Shown: piece by piece, positions 50,835 to 64,000 of the stretch
How the letters are laid out: each line of letters begins with the position of its first letter
Numbering within the stretch: the first letter of the stretch is position 1
Source: Squalus acanthias
Lineage: Eukaryota
Length of the DNA stretch: 64,000 nt
Assembly: GCA_030390025.1 (NCBI GenBank)
Contig: CM059432.1
Coordinates: 95,420,001 to 95,484,000, forward strand
Reading direction: 5' to 3'
Program-made: the position numbers and the translations under genes
The notes under the pieces: model-generated
Databases searched by the model: none
What the model was told of the DNA's origin: nothing
What the model saw: the letters and a program-made list of their open reading frames with translations, nothing else

Positions 50835-51110
50835 GGGATTTGAACTACAACTCCTGCATTGCTAATCCAGTGCCATAACCACTAGGCAACCTTTTCCTTT
50901 GAACTTGTTTGACTTAAAGGCAGGATACTTCATGAGGATTCTCAAGGCCACACTCACCCGACTGGATATGGTTGGCATGTTCCCTTCCTTGAAGGATGGT
51001 ATTTGCAACAATATAGAAACATTCTGGATTTATTGAATTCGATGTCACAACTTGCTATGGTGGAATTTAAACTCACAACCTCTGAGATGCTAGTCCAGTA
51101 CCACTACCAC
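50835..51110 (-). mobile_element. Degenerate tRNA-derived SINE heads related to the family B leader
   Basis: rc GGTTATGGCACTGGATTAGCAA...GTTCAAATCCC and GGTACTGGACTAGCATC...TTTAAATTCCACC resemble the head at 62360-62445. Confidence 0.45.
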
Positions 51111-51148
51111 CTGGTGTTGATCTCCTGAAATTCAGAGAATGCTGTATA

Positions 51149-53130
51149 GAACAACAACAACAACTTGCATTTATATAGCGCCTTTGACATTGTAAAACAT
51201 CCCAAGGCACTTCATAGGAGCATTATCAAACAAAATTTGACACCGAGCCACATAAGATAGATAAATGACCTCAGGACATCTCAAAGTGCTTTACAGTCAA
51301 TTAAGCACTTTTGAAGTGTAGTCACTGTTGTAATGTAGGAAACGTTTCAGTCAATTTGCGCACAGCAAGCTCTCACAAACAGCAATGTGATAATGACCAG
51401 ATAATCTGTTTTTGTAATGTTGATTGAGGGATAAATATTGGCCAGGACACTGGGGATAACTCTCCTGCTCTTCCTTGAAATAGTGCCATGGGATCTTTTA
51501 CATCCGCCTTAGAGAGCAGACAAGGCCTTGGTTCTAATCCGTAAAACAGCACCTCCAACAGTGCAGCACTCCCTCAGTACTGCACTGGAGTGTCAGCCTA
51601 GATTTTTGTGCTCAAGTCTCTTGGAATAGGACTTGAACCCACAACCTTCTGACTCAGAGGCGAGAGCCCTACCAACTGAGCCATGGCTGACAGTAGATAT
51701 TAGGATAGATGTCCAAAAGCTTGGTCAAAGAGGTAGGTTTTAAGGAGTATCTTTAAGGAGGAGAGAGGCGGAAGGGTTTAGGGAGAGAATTCCAGAGCTT
51801 AGGGCCTAGGCAGCTGAAGGCACAGCCTCCAATGGTGGAGCAATTAAAATCGGGGATGTGCAAGAGGCCAGAATTGGAGGAACCCAGAGATCTCGGAGGG
51901 TTGTGGAATTAGATGAGTGCAGAGATCTGGAGGAGGTTACAGAGATAAGGAGGGGCGAGACCATGGGCGCATTTGAAAACAAGGATGAGAATTTTAACAT
52001 TGAGGTGTTGCCGGACCAGGAGCCAATGTAGGTCAGCAAGCATAGGGGTGATGGGTGAACGGGACTTGGTGCGAGTTAGGATACGGGCAGCAGAGTTTGG
52101 ATGAGCTCAAGTTTATGTAGGGTGGAAGATGGGAGACTGGCCAGGAGAGCGTTGGAATAGTCAATTCTAGAGGTAACAAAGGCATGGATGAGGATTTCAC
52201 CACCAGATGAGCTGAGGCAGAGTCGGGCAATGCTACAGAGATGGAAGTACGCTGTCTTGGTGATGGCGTGGATATGTGGTCGGAAGCTCAACTCAGGGTC
52301 AAACACAACACCAATGTTGCAAACAGTCTGGTTCAGCCTCAGACAGTTGGCAGGCAGAGGGATGGAGTCGGTGGCTAGGGAACGGAGTTAGTGGCGGGAA
52401 GCGAAGGCAATGGTTTCAGTCTTCCCAATATTTAGTTGGAGGAAATTTCTGCTCATCCAGTACTGGATGTCGCACAAGCAGTGTGACAAATCAGAGTCAG
52501 TGGCAGGTTGAGAGAGGTGGTGGTGAGGTAAAGCTGGGTGTCGTCAGCGTACATGTGGAACCTGATGTGTTTTCGTTTGATGTTGCCGGGGGCAGCATGT
52601 AGATGAGAAATAGGAGGGGGCCAAGGATAGATCCTTTGGGGACACCAGAGGTAACGATGTGGGAGCGGGAAGAGAAGCCGTTGCAGGTGATTCTCTGGCT
52701 ACGACTGGATAGATCAGAATGGAGCCAGGCGAGGGCAGTCCCACCCAGCTGGACGACGGAGGAGAGACGTTGGAGGTGGATGGTGTGGTCAACCATGCCA
52801 AAGGCTGAAGACAGGTCAAGAAGGATGAGGAGGGACAGTTTACCACGGTCACAGTCACATAGGATGTCATTAGTGACTTTGAAAAAGGCCGTTTCAGTAC
52901 TGTGGCAGGTGCGGCAACCTGATTGGAGGGATTCAAACATGGAGTTGTGGGAAGGATGGGCACGGATTTGGGAGGCAATAACACGTTTAAGGACTTTGAA
53001 GAGGAATGGGAGGTTGGAGATGGGGTGATAGCTTATAAAGACACAGGGGTCAAGGGTGTTTTTTTTCAGGAGTAGGGTGATGACAGCAGATTTGAAGAGG
53101 AGGGGGAAAGTACCTGTGGAACGGGAGAAT
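51149..53130 (-). mobile_element. L2 LINE 3' portion (RT)
   Basis: YHPISNLPFL.KVL, LDLSSAF, SGVPKGSILGPLLF and IHAFVTSRIDY. (CAA)n tail at ~51150. Confidence 0.88.
51264..51693 (-). mobile_element. DeuSINE-like SINE inserted in the L2 3' UTR
   Basis: Full head and Deu-type body. Probable TSD TAGATA at 51258-51263 and 51694-51699. Confidence 0.75.
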
Positions 53131-53224
53131 GGAGATGTTTTTAGAAAATCTAGGTTCATACAAGCATAAAAATAAATAAACCTTAAACAGATGCTTGATG
53201 TTCAACAATGAGCAAAAAACAAGA

Positions 53225-53630
53225 CGTGCATTCATGTCTTATCACATCTCAGAAATATCTCAAAGTATTCACTCATAATTTATTTTTAGAGTGCTGTTAT
53301 TGTTGTTATGTAGGTAAACACAACAATCAATTTACACACAGCAAGATCCTACAACAGCAATGAGATTAATAACCAGTTGGTAGTGTTGGTTGAGTAAGGA
53401 GTGTTGGCCAGGACACAGGAAGAACTCTCTTGCTTTTCTTCAAATAGTGCGATGGGATCTTTTAATATCCACTTGGACCAATAAAGCAGGCAGGTAGGCT
53501 TAATATCTTATCCAAAAGATGGTACCTCCAACAATGCAGCCCTCCCTCAATATTGCACTGAAATGTCAGCCTAGATTATTTGGTCAAGTTTTGGAGTGCG
53601 GCTTTAACCCTGCAACCTTCAGAGGTGAGA
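53225..53630 (-). mobile_element. DeuSINE-like SINE
   Basis: Homologous to 2440-2775. Confidence 0.65.
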
Positions 53631-54449
53631 GTTAATTGATGAAATGGTCAATCGTCTCAGGACTGTTTGCGGGATCTTGTTGTGCACAAAGTCGTTGCTA
53701 TGTTTGCCGACATCCACAGAGGTGAGCCAAGCAGACACATCTAGCAGTGGCTGTCTTTTTTCCCTACTACAAAGTAAAGAATATAAGGAGCAGCTGATTA
53801 TACTGAATCACCTTACAAGATATGTCAGACTGATTCCCTAAGAAAAAACACAACAATTGAGGGTGCAAGAATAGGAGCAATTCCATCATTGCCAGGTACA
53901 GCAATCTTAACTAGTAAGGTATCTCGTTTACCCAGGTTATGAATACAAATATTAAGAATTTACAGGAGTTGTAACTAATCTATGTAAATTAGGGTGCAAA
54001 CTTAAAGAGTCTTTCTGTCCTGGTAACTCAAATTTCCCACTTTGATGAGTAATGTCTCCTACGATAGTGAAAGGGTTAAACAGTACTAAAACATTTTCCA
54101 CCTCCTCAGCAGAAATGAGGTTTTCCCCAGAAAGACCGTGATTAGCAATTACCAAATATTAGTACAGGCGCCTGATGGTTGCCATGTACACCTGAGGAGA
54201 AGATGGGACCAATTCCCTAAAATGGCAAAAATTGATGTGAACTGAGTGAAACTACAGTTACCAGAAACAGGAACAGGATGAGATTAAATCATCACGTGCA
54301 GGCCTACTAAAGACTAAAGACCACCCACTGTGCTTGGCAGCTAAAAACTTTGTAAACAAGCTTGGGTCAGTTGTCAAAAAGGTTAATGTACTTGATGAAC
54401 CAAATAGAAAACCTTCTGGACCAAAAAAATGGGCCCAAAGAAGAGGTAA

Positions 54450-54759
54450 AGTGCTTGCATTTATATAGCACCTTTCACGTCCTTAGAATGTCCCAAAGTG
54501 CTTCAAGGTCAATTAATTAATTTTTGAAGCACGTTACTGCTTTTTGTGTAAATGCAGCAGCCAGTTTGCAACCAGCAAAATAAGATAAATGACCAGTTAA
54601 TTTATTTTGATGATAATGGTTGAAGCATGAATAATTGGCCAGGACTATAGGGGAAGCTCCCGGCTGTTCTACCATGGGATCTTTTCTATCCACCTGAACA
54701 GGCAGATGGGACACTGAAGTATCAGTCTAGATTATGCTCTCAAGTCCTATAGTGGAGCT
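54450..54759 (-). mobile_element. DeuSINE-like SINE
   Basis: Homologous to 2440-2775. Confidence 0.6.
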
Positions 54760-55873
54760 TAGAGTTATACAGCACAGAAAGAGGCCCTTCGGCCCATCGT
54801 GTCCGCACCGGCCATCAAGCCCTGTCTATTCTAATCCCATTTTCCAGCACTTGGTCCGTAGCCTTGTATGCTATGGCGTTTCAAGTGCTCATCTAAATGC
54901 TTCTTGAATGTTGTGAGGGTTTCTGCCTCTACCACCCTTTCAGGCAGTGAGTTCCAGATTCCAACCACCCTCTGGGTGAAAAAGTTTTTCCTCAAATCCC
55001 CTCTAAACCTCCTGCCCCTTACCTTGAAACTATGCCCGCTGGTTATTGACCCCTCTACTAAGGGGAAAAGTTCCTTTCTATCTACCCTATCTATGCCCCT
55101 CATAATTTTGTACACCTCAATCAGGTCCCCCCTCAGCATTCTCTGCTCTAAGGAAAACAACCCCAGCCTATCCAGTCTCTCTTCATAGCTGAAGCGCTCC
55201 AGCCCAGGTAACATCCTGGTGAATCTCCTCTGCACCCTCTCCAATGCAATCACATCCTTCCTATAGTGTGGTGACCAGAACTGCACACAGTATTCCAGCT
55301 GTGGCCTAACTAATGTTTTGTGCAGCTCCATCATAACCTCCCTTCTCTTATATTCTATGCCTCGGCTAATGAAGGCAAGTATCTCATATGCCTTTTTAAC
55401 CACCTTATCTACCTGTCCTGCTGCCTTCAGGGATCTATGTACATGCACACCAAGGTCCCTCTGATCCTCTGTCCTTCCTAGGATCCTACCATTCATTGTG
55501 TATTCCCTTGCCTTGTTTGTCCTCCCAAAATGCATCACCTCACACTTTTCAGGATTAAATTCCATTTGCCACTGTTCTTCCCATCTAACCATCCCGTCTA
55601 TATCGTCCTGTAGCCTGAGGCTTCCCTCCTCGCTATTTACCACTCCACCAATTTTCGTGTCATCTGCGAACTTACTGATCATACCTCCTACATTCATATC
55701 TATATCATTAATGTACACTACAAACAGCAAGGACCCAGCACCGATCCCTGTGGTACACCACTGGACACAGGCTTCCAGTCACAAAAACAACCTTCGACCA
55801 TCACCCTCTGCCTCCTGCCACTAAGCCAATTTTGGATCCAATGTGCCAAATTGCCCTGGATCCCATGGATCCC
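54760..55873 (-). mobile_element. CR1 LINE, 5'-truncated
   Basis: 299-aa ORF 54831-55730 with KFADD and LVRPQLEYCVQFWSP, plus a 3' tail. Confidence 0.9.
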
Positions 55874-57726
55874 ATTAAACCACAACCTTCTGACTGAGAG
55901 ATAGATGAGGATGATTTCACAGCAAGGATTGTCAATGTTCACTAATACTGAATGTTACAAACACCAAAATCTTTGCTTGTTATCTCAGATTCTTCTCATA
56001 GGTTTACTGATGAGCAATGATGCCGAGTAATTCATCCTTGTTGGGGGTAAGAAGGCACAAGTGTCACTCCAAATTACTGTTAGTAACACTATCAGGAAAA
56101 GTGTCAATGCAGCAAGTCTTGTGTAAACGTTTAAATTACAAATTTGGCTGCTCTTACCCATCTGCCTTGGAACTGTTTAAGCCACTCTACAAAAAATAAC
56201 CCTGAAAATCTACAGCCTTTGATCCTGACCTAAGTGCTGTGATTGGCTCGCCGGGATCCTTCATGACCCCACCAGACTTTCTGGAGTCAGTAGAAGATTC
56301 CCTCATTAAAATAATCCTGCGGGCGCTCATATGATTAGGGGCACATCGCGAACACCTGCCATTTGGGGAGGTAGATAATTAACGTGGGGCTGAAAATAAT
56401 CTTGAAGATTTAAATAAACCTTTTGGACCCTAGGTGGGTTGCACATCTACCAGTATGCCTCTTCTCACTAGGCACACCAGCCTGCCAGCAGATTACCAAG
56501 CTGAAGCCAAGAGAAGTCCTGGCCTTTTCCCTGGTCATGCCCCCTCTAATGCAGATGACCTTGCTTTTGAGTGGGCAGTGGCTCTGCTCCAAAAAAAGGC
56601 TGTATGAAAGCTGATGAGAAAGCCTGCGACCCAGCATATCCAGGTCCTGGTCCAATTTCTGGTCCTTCTACTGTACTCATGACGGACTTACAGCAGGAGT
56701 GTGTTGGAATGGCTGCAGATTTTTAAATTGAATTTTCAAGAGCCACATTTCTCGTGTATATTTAATGATGCCATTTACCATTTAATTAGAAGATGAGAGG
56801 AATAAATGAATATATTAAGGTTTTTGAACATTGTTGTATTTGCTCTGGGAGCAATGCAGCTTTAAGAGTTGAGGCAAATTTGTTTGTTCTTGTTCTCTGG
56901 GTTTCAGTTAGATGAGGCTTCAGGTGTCCTGAGTATTAGTGGTTATGTTCGAGGCCTTGGCCCGGAAAACTTGCAGTGGCTGCACTATTGTGTAAAGGCT
57001 GAGATGTGCCCACCGATGATCTCCAGCATTGACCTCAGCAGTGTATGCAGGGTCAAAGGGAGGCCACCACTAGGAGTGCACCTCAGGCATCCACCATGAT
57101 GAAGAGGTCAAGCATCCTGTGCAGGTTGCTGGTTCCAGAAAGGAGGGTTGGGCCCCCCTCAACTCCCCCAGAAAGAAACAGCCCCTCAGTCTCCTTAGTA
57201 AGAGAGCCACTTAAAAAAAAATCCAGCCTTAAGTCTTTGGGGATCCAGGCCACAATCCCTGTCTGGACACCAAGTGGGGCCCACTATGACTGTTCGGTGG
57301 CCTAGTACGCCTGGTGTCACCAGACATAATAGCCAACAATGCTCCACCGGGCCTCTGAGAGGCTGGGGGATGGGGAACTCCTGGAATTGGGAGTCTGTAC
57401 CCCCGGCCCTGCGCTCTCGTGTTCATGGCCTTGTTTAGGGTGAGCAGAGGCTCCACCTCCAACAGGCTAATCAGAAACATCAGGGCAAGGTTGGGGCCTG
57501 GTGTACCTGGGTCCTGACCAAAGTTCCACCATACTCCTGCCGGAGGTACGGTAGGAATGCGTCAGAGGGACCATGGATTTTTGGCTCCATTGTCCTTAAT
57601 GGCATATATCCCACTTTGAAAAGTATAACTCTGGGTAGCAGTTGAGCAAGGTGACTACTTTGTGAGGTAAATGAACAAAAGATGCATTTATATGGCAACA
57701 TCTGAAAGTACTTTACATACAGTGAC

Positions 57727-60700
57727 TTTTTTATTCGTTCATGGGATGTGGGCATTGCTGGCAAGGCCAGCATTTATTGCCAATCCCTAATTGCCCTTGA
57801 GAAGGTGGTGGTGAGCCGCCTTCTTGAACCGCTGCAGTCCGTGTGATGAAGGTACTCCCACAGTGCTGTTAGGGAGGGAGTGCCAGGATTTTGACCCAGC
57901 GACGATGAAGGAACGGCAATATATTTCCAAGTCAGGATGGTGTGAGACTTGGAGGGGAACTTGGAGGTGATAATGTTCCCATGCACCTGCTGCCCTTGTC
58001 CTTCCAGGTGGTAGAGGTTGCGGGTTTGGGAGGTGCTGTCGAAGAAGCCTTGGCGATTTGCTGCAGTGAATCTTGTAGATGGTACACACTGCAGCCACGG
58101 TGGTGGAGGGAGTGAATGTTTAAGGTGGTGGATGGGATGCCGATCAAGTGGGCTGCTCTTCCTGGATGGTGTCGAGCTTCTTGAGTGTTGTTGGAGCTGC
58201 ACTCATCCAGGCAAGTGGATAGTACTCCATCACTCTCCTGACTTGTGCCTTGTAGATGGTGGAAAGGCTTTGGGGAGTCAGGAGGTGAGACACTCACCGC
58301 AGAATACCCAGCCTCTGACCTGCTCTTGTAGCCACAGTATTAATGTGGCTGGTCCAGTTAAGTTTCTGGTTAATGGTATCACCCCGAGGATGTTGATTGT
58401 GGGGGATTTGGTGATGGTAATGCCGTTGAATGTCAAGGGGTGGTGGTTAGACTCTCTCTTTTTGGAGATCGCCATTGCCTGGCACTTGCATGGCGCGAAT
58501 GTTACTTGCCACTTATCAGCCCAAGCCTGAATGTCGTCCAGGTCTTGCTGCATGCAGGCATGGACTGCTTAATTATCTGAGGAGCTGTGAATGGAACTGA
58601 ACACTGTGCAATCCTCACTTCTGACCTTATGATGGAGGGAAGGTCATTGATGAAGCAGCTGAAGATGGTTAAGCCTAGGACACTGCCCTGAGGAGCTCCT
58701 GCAGCGATGTCCTGGAGCTGAGATGATTGGCATCCAACAACCCCAATCATCTTCCTTTGTGCTAGGCATGACTCCAGCCAGTGGAGAGTTTTCCCCTGAT
58801 TCCCATTGCCTTAAATTTTATTAGGGCTCCTTGATGCCACACTTGGTCAAATGCTGTCTTGATGTCAAGGGCAGTCACTCTCACCTCACCTCTGGAATTC
58901 AGCTCTTTGTCCATGTTTAGACCAAGCCTGTAATGAGGTCTGGAGCCAAGTGGTCCTGGCGGAACCCAAACTGAGCTTCGGTGAGCAGGTTATTGGTGAG
59001 TAAGTGCCGCTTGATAGCACTGTCGACAACATCGTCCATCACATTGCTGATGATTAAGAGTAGACTGATGGGGTGGTAACTGGCCTTTGCTGTATCCAGT
59101 GCGCTCAGCCATTCAACATAAACATAAGAAGTAGGAGCAGGAATTGGCCACTTGGCCCCTCGAGCCTGCTCCGCCATTCAATAAGATCATGGCTGATCTT
59201 GGGCTCAAAGCCACTTCCCCGCCCACTCCCCATAACCCCTCACTCCCTTATCTTGCAAAAATCTGTCTATCTCCACCTTAAATATATTTAATGACCCAGC
59301 CTCCACAGGTTTCTGGGGCAGAGAATTCCACAGATTTACGACCCTCTGAGAGAGGATATTCCTCCTCATCTCATTTAAACTATGCCCCCGCGTTCTAGAT
59401 TTCCCCACGGGGGGAAACATCTTCTCTGCATCTACCTTGTCATGCCCCCTCAGTATCTTATATGTTTCAATAAGATCACCTCTCATTCTTCTAAATTCCA
59501 ATGAGTATAGGCCCAGCCTGCTCAACCTTTCCTCATAAGTCAACCCCCTCATCTCTGGAATCAACCGAGTGAATCGTCTCTGAACTGCCTCCAATGCAAG
59601 TATATCCTTCCTTAAATAAGGAGACCAAAACTGTACGCAGTACTCAAGGTGTGGTCTCACCAATACCCTGTACAGTTGTAGCAGGACTTCTCTGCTTTTA
59701 TACTCCAACCCCTTTGAAATAAAGGCCAACATTCCATTTGCCTTTTTGATTACTTGCTGTACCTGCATGCTAACTTTTTGTGTTTCATGCACAAGGACCC
59801 CCAGGTCCCTCAGAACTGTAGCATTTTGTAATCTCTCTCCATTTAAATAATAATTTGCTTTTTTATTTTTCCTGCCAAAGTGTATAACCTCGCACTTTCC
59901 CACATTATACTCCATCTGCCAAATGTTTGCCCACTCACTTAGCCTGTCTATATCCCTTTGCAGGTTCTTTAAGTCCTCTGCACAACTTGCTTTCCCACCC
60001 ATCTTTGTATCATCTGCAAACTTGGCTACATTACACTCGGTCCCTTCATCCAAGTCATTAATGTAGATTGTAAATAGTTGAGGCCCCAAAACCGATCCCT
60101 GTGGCACCCCACTAGTTACCGTTTGCCAACCGGAAAATGACCCATTTATCCCGACTCTCTGCTTTCTGTTAGTTAGCCAATTCTCTATCCATGCTAATAT
60201 ATTACCCCCAATTATGTGAGCTCTTATCTTATGCAGTAACCTTTTATGTGGCACCTTATCGAATGCCTTCTGGAAATCCAAATACACCACATCCACTGGT
60301 TCACCTTTGTCCACCCTGCTCGTTACCTCCTCAAAGAACTCCAGCAAGTTTGTTAAACATGATTTCCCTTTCATAAAACCATGTTGACTCTGCTTGACTG
60401 CATTATGATTTTCCAAATGCCTTGCTACTGCTTCCTTAATGAAGGACTCCAGCATTTTCCCAACGACAGATGTTAGGCTAACTGGTCTATAGTTTCCTGC
60501 TTTCTGTCTCCCTCCTTTCTTAAATAGAGGTGTTACATTTGCGGTTTTCCAAACCGCTAGGACCTCTCCAGAGTCCAGGGAATTTTGGTATATTGCAACC
60601 AATGCATCCACTATCTCTGCAGCCACTTCTTTTAAGGCCCTGGGATGCAAGCCATCTGGTCCAGGGGACTTGTCATCTTTTAGTCCCATTATTTTACCAA

Positions 60701-62445
60701 GTACTATTTCCTTAGTGATAGTGATTGTCTTTAGTTCCCCCCTCCCTGTGGCCCCTTGATTATCCATTATTGGGATGTTGTTAATGTCTTCTACCATGAA
60801 GACAGATACAAAATATTTGTTCAGAGTCTCTACCATTTCCCCGTTCCCCTTTATTAATTCCCCAGTCTCATCCTCTAAGGGACCAATGTTTACTTTAGCT
60901 ACCCTCTTCCTTTTTATATACCTGTAGAAGCTCTTACTATCTGTTTTAATGTTTCTTGCCAGTTTACTCTCATAATTCATCTTCTCCCTCTTTATTATTT
61001 TTTTAGTCATCCTTTGCTGGTTTTTAAAAATTTCCCAATCCTCTGGTCTCCCATCAATCTTGGCAACATTGTATGCCTTCATTTTCAATTTGATACCATC
61101 CTTTACTTCCTTAGTTAGCCACGGATGGTGCTCCCTTCTCTTAAGATCTTTCTTTCTCACTGGAATATATTTTTGTTGAGAGTTATGAAATATCTCCTTA
61201 AATGTTTATGGAGCCACGGTTGCTCTCCTGGCTTGATGGTAATGGTAGAGTGAGGGATATGCTGGGCCATGAGGTTTCAGTTTATGGTGGAATACAATTC
61301 TTCTGCTGCTGATGGCAAACAGCACCTCATGGAGGCCATGTTTTAAGCTGCTAGATCTGTTCTGAATCTATCCCTTTTAGCACAGTGGTAGTGCCACACA
61401 ATAAAGGGTATCCTCAGTGTGAGAATGGGAAGATGGGACTTCGTCTGTACAGGGACTGTGTGGTGGTCACTTCTACCAATACTGTCATAGACAGATGCAT
61501 CTGCGACAGGTAGATTGGTGAGGACGAGGTCCAAGTAGGTTTTTCCCTCGTATTGGTTCTCTCACCACCTGCCGCAGGCCCAGCCTGGCAGCTATGTCCT
61601 TCAGGACTCGGCCAGCAGTGGTGCTACTGAGCCACTCTTGGTGATGGACATTGAAGTCCCTCACCCAGAGTACGTTCTGTGCCCTTGCTACCCTCAGTGC
61701 TTCTTCCAAGTGGTGTTTAACATGGAGGAGTACTGATTCATCAGCTGAGGGAGGTCGGTAGGTGGTAATCAGCAGCAGGTTTCCTTGCCCATGCTTGATC
61801 TGAAGCCATGAGACTTCATGGGCTCCAGAGTCAATGTTGAGAACTCCCAGGGCTACTCTCTCCCGACTGTATACCACTGTACCGCCTCCTCTAATGGGTC
61901 TGTCCTGCCGGATGGTGATGGAGGATTCTGGGATGTTGGCTGAAGGGTATGATTCTGTGAGTATGACTATGTCAGGTTGTTGCTAGACTAGTCTGTGGGA
62001 CAGCTCTCCCAATTTTGACACACGTCCCCAGCTGTTAGTGAGGAGGACTTTGTAGGGTCGACTGGGCTGGCTGTGCCGTTGTCGTATCCGAAGCCGGTGC
62101 CGAGGTCGATGCCAGGTCCGGTTTTATTCTTATTATTGTTTCTTGTAGCAGTTTGTTACAGCTGAGTGGCTTGCTAGGCCATTTCAGAGGACAGTTAAGA
62201 GCCAACCACATTGCTGTGGGGCCAGACCAGATACGGACGACAGATTTCCTTCACTTAAAGGACATTCGTGAACCAGATGGGTTTTTACGATAATCCGGTA
62301 CTGATTAGCTTTTTACTCTAGATTTATTTAATTAACTGAATTTAAATTCCTCAGCTGCCGTGGTGGGATTTGAATTCTTGTCTCCGGATCATTAGTCCAG
62401 GCCTCTGGATTATTAGTCCAGTAACATAATCACTATGCTACCAAA
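57727..62445 (-). mobile_element. LINE family B, longest copy (tRNA-like head, APE-RT, no ORF1), interrupted by CR1
   Basis: Head at ~62360-62445, leader, APE (TYRPPS, DFNVHH, DLVLTN, RSDH) at ~61340-62050, RT (QFGFR, PQGSVLG) at ~57800-59090 and a 3' end at 57727. Confidence 0.8.
59115..61206 (-). mobile_element. CR1 LINE, 5'-truncated, with uninterrupted 651-aa ORF2 fragment
   Basis: ORF 59205-61160 with KSPGPD, NYRPVSLTS, DFQKAFD and KFADD. 3' tail at ~59115. Confidence 0.92.
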
Positions 62446-62454
62446 CCCCATGTT

Positions 62455-62735
62455 GTTGTTATGTAGTAAATACAGCAGCCTTAATATTAATGGCCAGGTA
62501 ATCTGTTTTTGGTTAGGGGAGGAATGTTGATCAGGGCATAAGGACTAGGAGAACTCCCTACTCATCTTCAAATAGTGCAACAGGATCTTTTAACATCTGC
62601 CTGAAGCACCACAGATCAGACCTTAGTTTAACACCTCATCACCAACAATGCAGTGCTCCCAATCTAGATTCTGGAGCTTGAACCCACAACCTTCTGACTA
62701 AGAAGCAAGAATGCTACCAACTGAGCCAAGCTGGC
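62455..62735 (-). mobile_element. Degenerate DeuSINE-like SINE
   Basis: Homologous to 2440-2775. Confidence 0.55.
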
Positions 62736-63924
62736 ATCTGGTTACTGGATTTGGAAAAAAAACAAATATAGAAATAACAGGCACCTTGTGGGCCAGGTGC
62801 TACAAGACTGATGGGAGGAGAATGGAGTTGTTCGCAAGGTGCCTTTCTGAGCAGCTCTCTTCCTTTGACTTGGCCTCTGGTGGTTTCTGCCACCTTTCTT
62901 CACCCTTTTTTCTCCAATTTTTCCCTCCCTCTTTTCTTTCTTCTTTCCGTCCACCAGGAACACTCATCTTTCATCTTCTTTCAGACGCTGTTTATGTTCA
63001 CATTCTTTGAGACCACCTATTGCCTATATCAAACCTGAGTGGGTTTCAGAAAAACTATGCACATGCATGAAACAGGTTAGACAGTGCTTGAACATAAAAG
63101 GACCAATCAGGTATGTGTGAAGTCCACCACTTGCCTATGAAACAGATTGACTTGTGCATATTCACGGCCTTTGTTTAAAATCCAGCAAATGATAAACTGG
63201 ACTTCACATATCTGTTTTTTGATGATCAAAATTATTGGAATAACCATTCCCAGAACTGGGCTGTTCGATTCAAAACTAGATGGGAGGTTACTCTAGATGT
63301 ATGACCTATTTTATTTCTTGATTTTCATGGCTGTTTTTACCCACCCTTGATGGATTCTCATTCTAGGCCTCAGCCAACCCTTATATCCTCGCTTCTTGTA
63401 GATTAGAGGATCCTCCTGGTCTCATCTTGGAAACTGTTCGACTGGGTACTTCTATTCCTTGAGACTTGATGAACTTGGATGTAATGAATATAATCCAGTT
63501 GGTTTTTGTTGCCTTTAGTTCTCATTTTTGTTTTATTTCTATTTCAGAGTTCCTCGGAATTTGATTCTGTATTTGTAAAATTTAGAAAATATGCAAAGCC
63601 AACTGAGATACCCTTGGATCACCTCAATTTATTTGCAATTTTCCTGCCATTTTAGTTCAAGAAACTAAACAATACAAACCGACTTGAAACAGAAAAGATG
63701 GCAAACATTTCATTATTAGCAGCCTAGGTATACACAATTATTTTAATTTAAAATTTTCAATTTTCTTTTTAAAAAGAGAAAAGTTGCACATTGGTTTTCA
63801 CACTGATATAGTACTGGTGTATATTCTCACTGATATACTATTGGAGGTAGAATTTCCGTGGCGGTTCTCCTGATCATCTGCTGTAACTTTGGAAGAAGAT
63901 TCGCGGAGATCCTGGAGAAACATG

Positions 63925-64000
63925 TCTGGAGTCATAACTAGCACAAAGGAAGTTGGTTGTGGTTGTAGGAGGCCCATCATATCAGCCCCACAACATCCCT
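63925..64000 (+). mobile_element. LINE family B RT fragment (runs off the window)
   Basis: CTGGAGTCATAACTAGCACAAAGGAAG...TCAGCCCCACAACATC is homologous to the reverse complement of ~8520-8595. Confidence 0.55.

Noticed and set aside
56869..57560. GC-richer stretch with short ORFs and a possible acceptor near 56907
   Set aside because: No recognisable protein, TIR or TSD, so no call can be supported.
63798..63980. 60-aa minus-strand ORF resembling a terminal exon
   Set aside because: Its first third is the antisense of a LINE fragment and the rest has no recognisable homology.
1..64000. Prokaryotic systems (CRISPR arrays, operons, retrons)
   Set aside because: There are no regularly spaced repeats and no operon-like gene density. 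All RT and nuclease motifs belong to eukaryotic transposon families.

Overview
This is eukaryotic, repeat-dominated DNA with no recognisable host protein-coding gene. The repeat families (CR1 and L2 LINEs, Deu-domain SINEs, Penelope-like elements, Harbingers) suggest a cartilaginous fish, which is an inference. The centrepiece is a precisely resolvable nest. A near full-length CR1 LINE (34781-~47299, minus; zinc-finger/esterase ORF1 and APE-RT ORF2) is split by an 8.1-kb PIF/Harbinger transposon (36510-44628; 16-bp TIRs, TAT TSD; open DDE transposase and a 3-exon Myb/SANT gene). That transposon is in turn split by a Gypsy LTR retrotransposon (38959-43018; 278-bp LTRs, AAGT TSD, tRNA-Trp PBS). 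The window also holds two further Harbinger elements and several related MITEs. Penelope-derived pieces carry minimal hammerhead-ribozyme folds, including a 147-bp unit with its own 13-bp TSD. A LINE family has a tRNA/SINE-like head that runs straight into an APE-RT ORF with no ORF1. An unexplained ~107-bp direct repeat and a few possible plus-strand exons remain. Boundaries without a TSD or TIR are approximate, and all alignments were done by eye.
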